Positions 1 to 10,611 of a stretch of DNA of 64,000 nucleotides are shown here, piece after piece (the first letter of the stretch is position 1; each line of letters starts with the position of its first letter). The DNA is from Anaeramoeba ignava BMAN (Eukaryota; Protista; Anaeramoebae): the NCBI GenBank assembly GCA_028826165.1, contig JAPDFW010000085.1:186001-250000 (forward strand), in the 5' to 3' direction. Made by a program: the position numbers and the translations under genes. The notes beneath the pieces were generated by a model. That model had not been told where the DNA came from, did no database searches, and worked only from the letters and a program-made list of their open reading frames with translations.

Positions 1-564
1 CTTTTTTCTTCTTTTCTCTTTTCCAATTTCATTTTCAATTCCAATATTTCTTTCAATTTTTTCATTCATTTCCAAATTCAATTCCTTTTCCTTTCTTTCT
101 AATTCAGTTAGTTTTATTCTTCTTTCTTTTATTTTTTGATCAAAATCATTTTCTTGATCAAAAAAATTTTCCATTTCTTTTTCAAATTTGATTAATTTAG
201 AAAAAATTTTTTCATTTTTTTTCATTTGTTTTGAAAGTTTTTTTTCTGAAATTTTTAATATATTTTCTGAAAATTGAATTTTCTTTTTAAATTGATGGAT
301 TTTTTTCATCATTTCTTCAATTTTCTTTTCATTTTCAATATTCTTTTTTGATCTTAAAAAATGAGATTGAAAAGATTTAATTTTTTTCTTTTCAAGTTTT
401 TTGACATTTTTTTCTTTTTCTTTTAAAATTGGTTTTAAAAACTCTTTAAACTTCATTTTTTCTTCATTTAAATTTTCATTTTCTTTTGAAATTCCTTCTA
501 AAAGTTGATTAATTCTTGAATTCAATGGAATTTTCATTTGATCTTCTTTTTCAATTTCTTTCAT
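1..564 (-). CDS. 5' part of an E/K-rich coiled-coil protein, runs off the window edge
   Basis: ATG at 564 reads MKEIEKEDQMKIPLNSRINQLLEGISKENENLNEEKMKFKE and continues toward position 1. It is missing from the ORF track, presumably because no stop is reached. Confidence 0.7.
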   Translation of the reverse strand, partial: MKEIEKEDQMKIPLNSRINQLLEGISKENENLNEEKMKFKEFLKPILKEKEKNVKKLEKKKIKSFQSHFLRSKKNIENEKKIEEMMKKIHQFKKKIQFSENILKISEKKLSKQMKKNEKIFSKLIKFEKEMENFFDQENDFDQKIKERRIKLTELERKEKELNLEMNEKIERNIGIENEIGKEKRRKK

Positions 565-763
565 TTTTGTTTTTTAAATATAAAAATAAAAATAAAAATA
601 AAAATAAAAATAAAAAGTTAAATATTTTTTATTTTAATCTATATTGTTTTCTGGCAGATCAAAAATAAAAATCCTTAAACAAAAAATAGGATTACAAGAA
701 AAAATCCAAAAAAAAAAAAATTATTTTTTTCCATTTTCTTTTTTCTTGATCTTTTTCTTTTTC

Positions 764-1711
764 TTATTTAAACATTTGTTGTGATAAAAATTCAGAAATA
801 GTTGGATTTCCTTTTTTTTCACAAATAGAAAATGCTGATTCTCCCTTTTTTATATAATTAAAAAATTAAAATTAAAATAAATTAAAATTAAAATTAAAAT
901 TAAAATTAAAATTAAATTTTTTTTACATCCTTTTTGAAAATAATTTTAAAATAAATAATTTTTAAAGAAAATTTGGATTAAAATTTTACTTGATTTGTTT
1001 CATAAATAGAACGATCTAATTGTAATAAAATATTAATTATTTCATTATTTCCAATTTTACAAGCAAAAATTAAAGCAGAATTTCCCTTTTAAATTTATTA
1101 AAAGAAAAAAGAAAAAAGAAGAAAGAAGAAAATTTAAAATTCCACAAAAAAAAAGGAGAAAAAAAATTTATTTTACAAACTATAAACAAAAACAAAAGGA
1201 AAAAAAAATTTTTCAATTAAAAAATTAAAAGAGAAAAAAAAAATATCAATTTATTTACTTTAGTTTTTGTTTTAGGATCAACTCCTGATGTAATTAGTAA
1301 TTGAATCATTGCAATATCTTCAAAAATTATTGCTTTCATAAGAGAAGTATAACCCTTTTTTAAAGAAATAAATTTTAAAAATCATTTTTTAAAAAATTGA
1401 TAAAAAATTTGTTTTGTTTTTTTTCCAAAATGTCATTTCTTTTTTACTTCTGGAGTTATGGAATATATTAAACTAGGTTTCTTTTGAATCATTCTTTGCA
1501 CTTTTTCTCGGTTTCCCATACAAATTGATTCAAAAAAGATTAATTCTTTTTTGCTATTTTCGATTTTGTTTTCTTTTTCTTTTTGTTTTCCTTTTTCTTT
1601 TTCTTTTCCTTTTTCTTTTTCTTTTTCTTTTTCTTTTTCAATTTTATTTCCCTTTTTTTCTTTTTTGTTTGTTTGTTTCTTTTTTGATTTATTGCGACTG
1701 AAAATACCCAT
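764..1711 (-). CDS. Small ankyrin-repeat protein with putative N-myristoylation/polybasic N-terminus; exons 1711-1448, 1354-1259, 1179-1177, 1085-990, 929-927, 844-764
   Basis: Spliced translation ...ITPE|GYTSLMKAIIFEDIAMIQLLITSGVDPKTKTK|F|GNSALIFACKIGNNEIINILLQLDRSIYETNQ|D|GESAFSICEKKGNPTISEFLSQQMFK*. All introns are GT-AG; the start is MGIFSRNKSKKK. Confidence 0.9.
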
Positions 1712-1877
1712 TTCAAATTATTTTTATAAAAAAACTATTTGATTGAAAAATGGAAAAAAAAAATGGAAAAATGGAAAAATGGAAAAAAAAAATGGAAAAA
1801 AAAAAATGGATTTTTATTTTTATTTTTGATTATATCTGAAACATCCAAAAAAAAAAACAAAAAGAAATAAAAAACGA

Positions 1878-4055
1878 TCAATTATTAACATTTTTGTTTT
1901 TAATTTGTCCAAGAGCTTGAAGAAGTATATTAAAATTATTTGAGTCAAGTATTTTAACTTGTGGTTGATTTTGATTTTGATTTTGATTTTGATTTTGATT
2001 TTGATTTTGGTTTTGATTTTGATTTTGATTTTGGTTTTGGTTTTGATTTTGATTTTGATTTTGGTTTTGATTTTGATTTTGATTTTGATTTTGATTTTGA
2101 TTTAAATTTTGATTTAAATTTTGATTTTGATTTTGATATTGATATTCATTTTGATTTTGATTTTGATTTTGATTTTGATTTTGATTTAAATATTGATTTT
2201 GATTTTGATATTCATTTTGATATTCATTTTGATATTCATTTTGATATTCATTTTGATATTCATTTTGATATTCATTTTGATTTTGATATTCATTTTGATT
2301 TTCATTTTGATTTGATTGCTGATAACTTGGATAACTTGGATTACTTGAATTACTTGGATAACTCAAATAACTTTTTCCATTTGAAAAATTTCGATTTTGA
2401 TTTTGATTTCGATTTTGATTTTGAGTTTTGATTTTGATTTTGATTTTGATTTTGATTTTGATTTTGATTTTGATTTTGATTTTGATTTTGATTTTGATTT
2501 CGATTTCTTGATTCAAATTGATTTTTTAAATTAAAATTATGTTGAAAAGGAAAGTTATCATCACTAAAATTAAGGAAACTAGGATGTCGTTGATGTTGTT
2601 GATATTGTAAAAAAAGATTATCAGTTGCCATAAAACTACTTTTACTAGACCATAAATGAGGTGCAAAATCCCAAATTTTTTGTTTTTCTTCAAGAGTTGT
2701 ATTTGTGTTTGCATAATAAATTGATATCAATATTTTTATAGTTTGTTTGTATTTTGGAATTTCTCTTTCTTGTTTTTCTCGAATTTCTTTTTCCATTGAT
2801 AATTGTGATTTTAATTCAGTAATCATCTCATAAAGTTCTGGAATTCCATTTTTTATTTTATTGTTTTCTTCGTGTATAATTTTGAGATCATATCTTAATT
2901 GTTCAAAACTTAAAAATTTTATTTTTAAATTTAATTTTAAATTTGTTTTAAATTTGCTTTAAATTTGTTTTAAATTTATTTTTAAATTTTGAATTTATTT
3001 TAAATTTGTTTTAAATTTGTTTTAAATTTGTTTTAAATTTGTTTTAAATTTGTTTTAAATTTGTTTTAAATTTGTTTTAAATTTGTTTTAAAATTTGTTT
3101 TTAAAATTTGTTTTTAAATTTGTTTTAAATTTGTTTTAAATTTGTTTTAAATTTGTTTTAAATTTGTTTTTAATTTATTTTTAAATTTGTTTTAAATTTG
3201 TTTTAAATTTGTTTAAAATTTGTTTTAAATTTGTTTTAAATTTATTTTATATTTGTTTTAAATTTGTTTTTAATTTATTTTAAATTTGTTTTTGAAATTG
3301 TTTTTAAGTTTTGAATTTATTTTTAAATTTGTTTTAAATTTGTTTTAAATTTGTTTTTAATTTATTTTAAATTTGTTTTTGAAATTGTTTTTAAGTTTTG
3401 AATTTATTTTTAAATTTGTTTTAAATTTGTTTTAAATTTGTTTTTAAATTTGTTTTTAAATTTGTTTTAAATTTGTTTTAAATTTATTTAAAATTTGTTT
3501 TTAAATTTGTTTTAAATTTGTTTTAAAGTTTTAAATTTTGTTTTAAATTTTGTTTTAAATGTTTTATATTTTGTTTTAAAGTTTTATATTTATTTTAAAT
3601 TTGTTTAAATTTATACTCAATTTCCAAATCAGTATTTTGATTTGATAATTCTTGAGAAAGTCTTTCATCATTCATATTTGAAAATATTTGGCTATCATCA
3701 TTAAAAAAAAAATCAATACTTTAAATTGGAAAAAAAAATAAAAAAAGAAAGATAAAATTAAATTAATAAATAAAGATTATTGTTTATCCAATAAAAGAAA
3801 ACAAACCTAGAAGCTAAAAAAAATTGAAATAAGTGTTGTTATGTTTTTTTTTTTTGATTAAAAAAATTGTTTTCGTTTTTAAAAAAAAAATTTTTTTATT
3901 GATTTTGCTTTTTGTTTTTTGAATGAGTTTGGATTGTTTATTCAAAATTAAACAAATAAAAATCATTTACAATTATTATTTGGTACAAAATCACGAAAAT
4001 GATTTGAAAATTCGTTTTCATTAAATGAAGAATTAAAGCTAAATAACCGAGACAT
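1878..4055 (-). CDS. Uncharacterised coiled-coil protein with long poly-NQ tail; exons 4055-3971, 3813-3807, 3718-3617, 2908-1878 (apparent frameshift in the NQ repeat near 2425)
   Basis: MSRLFSFNSSFNENEF... splices in frame through GT-AG introns into ORF 2350..2826; the tail continues in ORF 1878..2516. Confidence 0.7.
2909..3616. repeat. Intronic microsatellite, about 11-bp unit TTTGTTTTAAA
   Basis: Tandem array filling a GT-AG intron (minus strand). Confidence 0.9.
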
Positions 4056-4205
4056 TTTAAATAAAAAAAAAATGAAAAAAATGAAAAAAAAATGAAAAAA
4101 AATGAAAAAAAAATGAAAAAAATTTTCTTTTTGTTTTTTTTGATTTTTTTTATTGGTTTTTTTTCTTTAACAAATAGAAATTTTGAGTTATTGGATAAGT
4201 AATTA

Positions 4206-7068
4206 TTAATAAAAGGAAAAATCTAAACTTAAATTTTTAGGAGAGAAAGATAAACCATCTTCTGATTGTTGAGTTTTAACAATATTTGCAAAATTTTTTA
4301 ATATTTGAATATCAGCTAAATTAAAATCTTGAAAAAAATCATCACTAATAACATCAAAATCATCATATTCTTGAAGAAGCATATTTCCGATTGAAATTCC
4401 ATAAGATTTTAACATTGATTTTTCTTTATCAAAAGTACTTTGAATAGTTTTGATATAATAAAGAAAACCAGAAATTGCAAATTCATATAAATAATGATGC
4501 AAAATTGTAAAGAACATCATATCATTTGTACAAAGTTTGAGTTTCTTGATTAATTTATTAGTAAAAGCACTTGAATTTCCTGTTGGATTATGTGATTGAT
4601 TTTGTGATTGTGATTGAATATCATTTTCACTATTTTCATTTTGATGATCGATAAATTGCTTCATTTCATTTATTGTTTGCTTTTCATTTTGAGATGATTG
4701 TTTCTCATTCGATGGGTTTTGATGCTTAGTATTTGATTGCCGTTGGAGTTTCAAAGGAAGAATAAATTTCTTTGATTCATAATCATAAATTGAGAAATAA
4801 AAATGCATCCAATTTTGAACGTCTCCATTTAATTTAGAAAATCCACAAAGTTGTATTTGCGAATATTTTGTGATCGATTCAAATGATTCAATCCATAAAT
4901 CTTTTGGTATTCTATTTGCGATTATTCCTGGAAGGAATAATGAAAGATTCGAAATGAATGTTGTTGCTTCTTGTTTGTGTGATTCATCTGCATAAATAAT
5001 CAAAGGTCTTCCTTTTAGTAGTAAGAAAATCAATGAATTTATATGTTTTGTATGTGATATAAATTGAACAAGTGAGTCTGATTTTGTTGATTCTTTGTGT
5101 CTATTGAACCATGATGATTCAAAAAAATTTAGTAAAATTGATTCAATTTGAATTTGATTTTGAATTTGATTTTTATTTTCTTTTAATTTCGTCATGTATT
5201 TGCATTCGTTGTAATAATTTTCAGATAACATTTTTGATTGGTTTTTTTTCTCAAAAATCGAATCAAAATTATAATCAAAAAATTGGTTTTCTAATTCTTG
5301 ATTATTTAATGTATTTTTTTGATTTTGTTTATCGATATTTTGTGAATTTTTATTCAAATTATCGAAATTGAGATCATTTTTGGTAATATTATTGAAAAGA
5401 AAACTATTTCCATTTTGATCTTGATTTTGATTTTGATTATTTTGATTTTGATTTTCATCATTATTTTGATTTTGATTTTGATTTTGATTTTTTTCACTAT
5501 TTTGATTCTCGTTTTGATTTTGATTTTGTTTTTCATTTTCAAATTCAATTTCATTTTCAATTTCATTTATAGATTTAATATTGAATGAAAAATTGTCAAC
5601 ATCAAGTAATTTTTTTGGGAAAAAATGATAATTATGATTATCAATAAAATCAGCATCAGGATTGTAATTGATTAAATAATAACCACCAATAGAAAATTGA
5701 GTCGATTTAGGGAAAACAGGAACAGAAAGATATTGGGAGCAATTCCAAAGATAAAGTCTTTGTTTATATTTCCTAAAAATATCAGGAAGTTTATGACAGA
5801 AAATATATTCTGATATTTTGGATCCTGTAATAAGTGAAATTGGGCGTAATTTTTCATCCACATCTCTTAAATGAGCTTGTGTTCTTATTTCTGGTTCTGG
5901 GATGTCTATTTGAGAATCATCTCCATTTTGTATTTTATATTTATTTTTATTATTCTCGAGATTTCCTTTTAAAGCTTCAATAGCTTCAATTTCATCTTCA
6001 ATTTCATGAGCTTCATCTTCATCTCTCTAAGGAGTTGAATATTTGATTTAAATATATTTAATTTAATTTGATTTAATTTAATTTAAATTTAATTTAATTT
6101 AAATATTTGATTTGATTTAATTTAATTTAATTTGATTTGATTTAATTTGATTTAAATATTTAATTTAATTTAATTTGATTTAAATATTTGATTTGATTTA
6201 ATTTAATTTAATTTAATTTGATTTGATTTGATTTGATTTAATTTAATATTTAATTTAATTTAAATATTTAATTTAATTTAATTTAATTTGATTTAATTTA
6301 ATTTAATTTAATTTAATTTAATTTAATTTAATTTAATTTAATTTAATTTAATTTAATTTAATATTTAATTTGATTTAATTTGATTTAATATAATTAAATT
6401 TGATTTAAATATATTTAATTTGATTTAATTTAATTTAATTTAATTTAATATTTGATTTAATTTAATTTGATTTAATTTAATTTAATTTAATTAAGTTTAA
6501 TTTAATTTAATTGATTTAATTTAATTTTAAATTTACCAAACTTGTTTTTTCTTTAAGTTGACTATGAATATTATGAAGTAATGCTAATTGAGCAGGAATA
6601 TCATGAAGACAAACTGCTGAATTATATCTTATCATCATATTTGCAACATCTTCAAAATCTTTTTGAATTTCACTAATTTGTTGCATAATTTTAGTATGAC
6701 TACAAAGAATTAAACACAAAACAAGAGGTCTAGTAAATCCACGAGCATGAATATCAAGTAAATCAAAATAATAAATCTAAAAAAAATAATAATAAATAAT
6801 AAATAATTTCAATCCAAAAATTTTTTAATTGAAAATTTATTTATTTTCTGAATTTGTTTTATTTTCTTGTTTTTACAAATGCATGTGTTTTTTTGCCAAC
6901 TTTTATAATTCTTGTTGTATTTTGTTTTGATTCTGTTGACATAATTTGAACAAGAAAATTTTTTAAATTATAATCACGAGGAAATGACCAAATACTATCT
7001 GGTCCAACTTTTTGACAAAATTCAGACAAAAGAATACAACTTGGTAATTTTTTCTTTTTTGTTTTCAT
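4206..7068 (-). CDS. SMCR8: SMCR8-like (folliculin/SMCR8 longin-DENN family) protein, 3 exons
   Basis: ILLSEFCQKVGP...IMS...HAF|IYYFDLLDIHARGFTRPLVLCLILCSHTKIMQQ matches the SMCR8 motifs EFSEQVGP and DLEARGFVRP...HKIMQQ; later DEKLRPI and LLKGRPLII. Confidence 0.8.
6027..6536. repeat. Intronic (ATTTA)n pentamer microsatellite
   Basis: Fills SMCR8 intron 2. Confidence 0.9.
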
Positions 7069-7149
7069 TTTTGTTTTATTTTTTTTTTGAAAAGAAAAAT
7101 GAAAAACTTTTTTCAATTTTTTTTTTCATTTTTTTATTTTTTTTTATTT

Positions 7150-9091
7150 ATGGATTATTCACAAAGATTATCTCAAAGAAAATCTAAATTTAAATCTAAA
7201 TTTAATATTAATAATCAAAGAAATAAAAGATTTCAAACTTGTGTGAAAATTAGCAAATCAAAAAAAGATGATCAATTAATGAAAAAAAGATATTTTTTGG
7301 ATGAAAAAAATTATGAAAATAAATTATCATCTCTAAATAATTTAAACCAAATGGTAATTGATAATTGGAAATTAGAATTATGCACATGTTTATAATATCT
7401 TGTTCTCATTCTAAATTTATTTGTTTTTATAAAAACATATTTTTTGTTATCCAAAAATTTTTAAAAGATTGCAAATTTAATTCAATTTTCAGAATTTGTG
7501 GAAAAAAATGAAGAAGAAATTATAAATTCATTAACTGAATTGAGGAAATTGCTCTTAAAAATTGAAAACCCACCAATTTATGAAATGGTTTCTTCAGGAA
7601 TATTTCCTGTTATGATTAAATTATTAAAACAATCAATTGAACAAATTCAGGTTTTTTTTTTAAAAAAACAAAAAAGGAAAAATAAATTTTTTTCATTTAA
7701 ATTTTTGGATTATTATAATTTAGTTTGAAGTGTTATGGATTCTAACAATTTTTTCAACAGAATCAATTGAAGAATTAACACAAAATGATCTTATTGAATG
7801 TTTAATGAAATTATTATATTCAACTAATGAGCAAATTCAAGAACAAGTAAAATCAACAAAATAAATTTCTTTCTTTCTTTCTTTTTTGTTTGGATTTATT
7901 TATATTATTATAATTAAAGGCAGTTTGGGTTATTAGTAATATTGTAGCAGATTCACCCAAAAACAGGGATATTATTATTGAAAAAGGGGTTCTTTCTTTA
8001 ATTTTGAATTTTCTTGTTGAAACAAATACTTTACAGAATTTAAGAACAATTTCCTGGACAATTTCTAATTTTTGTAATGGAAATCCTAAACCAGATTTTG
8101 AAAAAGTAGCTCCAAATATTTGATTTTTCAATTTAAATATTTATATTTATATTTGTATTTAAAATCATAGATTAAAATTGTTCTTCCTTTTTTGAAGGAA
8201 ATGATTTATTATGTTGATCATGAAATTATTTTAAATTCAAGTCGAGCGTTTATTTATTTAACAAATTCAAATCCAGAACAAATTCAAGAATGCATTAATT
8301 TAGGAATTCTTCCTCGTATTGTATCTTTTTTGAAGTAAATAAGATTAGGATAATATAAAAGAAGAAATCAATTTAAAAATCAATTCAAAATTCAATTTAA
8401 AAATTTATAGAACATCAAATCTTAAATTGATTTCAAATGCACTTCATATAATAAATAATATCACAGCAGGAAATGATGAGCAAACCCAATTAGTTATTAA
8501 CCAAAACTCTCTTCCAGTTTTACACAGATTACTTTCATCTCCTCATGCTTCAATAAGAAAAGAGGTTTGCTGGATTTTATCTAATATTACAGCAGGAAAT
8601 CAATCACAAGTTATTTCTGTAATAGAAACTCCAAATCTTATTCAAAAAATTGTTGAAATTTTAAACTCTGATGAATTTGAAGTTAGAAAAGAAGCGCTTT
8701 ATTCAATATCAAATATTCTCGCAAATATATCTTTTGAACAAGCAAAGTAATTTTTATTCCACTTTTTTATTTTGTTCCACTTTTTTTAATTCAAAAAAAC
8801 AAAAAACAAACAAGATTTTTACTTGATTTAGATTTTATTTCTCCAATTTGTAATTTACTTTCTTTTAATGATCCTCCTATTTTATTTAAATGTCTTAGTT
8901 CAATTCTTTCTATTCTTCAATTTGGTGAACTTTTTTATGAAGAAAAAAATCAATTTGTTAGTTTTATTGAAGAAATTGGAGGAATTGAAAAAATTCGAAT
9001 TCTTGAAAATCATGAAATTTCAAATATTAATGAAATTGCACAAAAAATAATTGAAAAATATTTTAATTTTGAAGAAATTGATAATAATTAA
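7150..9091 (+). CDS. KPNA: Importin subunit alpha (divergent), multi-exon
   Basis: IBB-like N-terminus (MDYSQRLSQRKSKFK...KKDDQLMKKR), ENPPI, and ARM repeats AVWVISNIVAD, WTISNFC, NITAGNDEQTQ, RKEVCWILSNITAGN; C-terminal IEEIGGIEKI. Confidence 0.92.
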
Positions 9092-9150
9092 AAAAAAATT
9101 AAAAATATTTTTTTTCATTTTTTCATTTTTCATTTTTTTCTTTTTTCAAA

Positions 9151-10322
9151 ATGGAAAATATTGAAGGAATTTTTGAAAATTATCGAACTGAATTTGATGA
9201 AATTGTATTATATTTTTTAAATATAAAAATTAAATTCAAAAACAAAAAAAAAAAGTTTTTTTTTAATTTCAAAAAAAAAAAATTTAGAATAATAAAAGAA
9301 ATAGAATTGATATTGCAAGAAAAGATGTTACAATTTTTTCCAAAAGATTAATATTCTTTTTACACAGGTTTAATTAAAAACGATTTAAAATTTAAAATTT
9401 TGGATTTTTTAATTTGATTTTTATAAAAAATAGAGATATGCCAAATCAAAATAAATTTAAAGAAGCTCAAAAAAAACTTGAACAAATTCATCAAAAAATT
9501 CAAATTATTGCTGATGAAATTTCAACTGATGAAGAATGTTTTTGGAGATATTCTTTTACTATTTCTTGGGGAATTGAAGAATATATTGAAGCTGTTTTAT
9601 TTTATTATTATTTGAAAGATAATAAATTAAAAATTAAAATTCGGAAGAAATTTAAAAACAATTTGATTTTTCGTTCTCTTGTAATTTTAAAATTAAAATT
9701 CATTTATAAAATTCAATTAAAATTCATTTATAAAATTAAATTAAAATTAAAATTCAAATTAAATTTAAAATTTAATTTAAAATTAAAATTTATTTATAAA
9801 ATTAAATAAAAAAATTAAAATTAAAATTAAAAATAAACCATTTCCAATAACAGCAAAAGATTATCTTGGAGGACTTGCAGATTTAACAGGAGAATTAATG
9901 CGTTATTCAACAGATGCAGTTGCACATGGAGATACACAAACACCAATAAAAGTTTTAGAAGCAATTCAACAAATATATTCATGTAAAAATACAAAATAAA
10001 ATAATTTAAAAATTTCAAATTATTTATTAAAGAAAATTATTTGAATTTTATTTATTTAGTATTTATTTCTCTTCCTCGTTCTGCAAAAGTTGATATGAAT
10101 AAATTATCTGTAATGGAAACTAGTATGAAAAAAATTGAAAATATTTGCTTTAAAATACAACTTGCTCAAGAAGAATTTCCAAAAGTTATTTTGGATGAAA
10201 CTCTTCCACAAATTATCCCTCAAAAAGCAAAAATTTTAACTAAAAAGAGAAAAAATAATTATGATCCACAATTCAAACAATCAAAAGAACAAAAAGAACA
10301 AAAAGAATCAAAAGAAAATTAA
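9151..10322 (+). CDS. TSNAX: Translin-associated factor X (TRAX)/translin family; junction near 9630-9850 unresolved
   Basis: RKDVTIFSKRLIFFLHR, WGIEEYIEA and DYLGGLADLTGELMR motifs, with the TRAX acidic catalytic residues present. Confidence 0.85.
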
Positions 10323-10611
10323 TTTATTCAATTTAAGATCCAAAAAATTTCAATTTAAGATCCAAAAATTTCAATTTAAAAGAAAAAAAATTTTCAATTT
10401 AAAGATTCAATTTAGTTTTAATTTAAACTCATTCTAAATTGAAATAAATCACAAAATCAAAAAAAAAAAAGAAAAAAAAAGATTGAATTCTTTGTGAATT
10501 TTATTATTGAAAAAAAAAATACTTTAAATGAGTATTTTTATCAAAAAATTTAACAAAAAAGAAAAAGAAAAAGAAAAAGAAAAAGAAAAACAAAAACAAA
10601 AAAAAAGCAAT

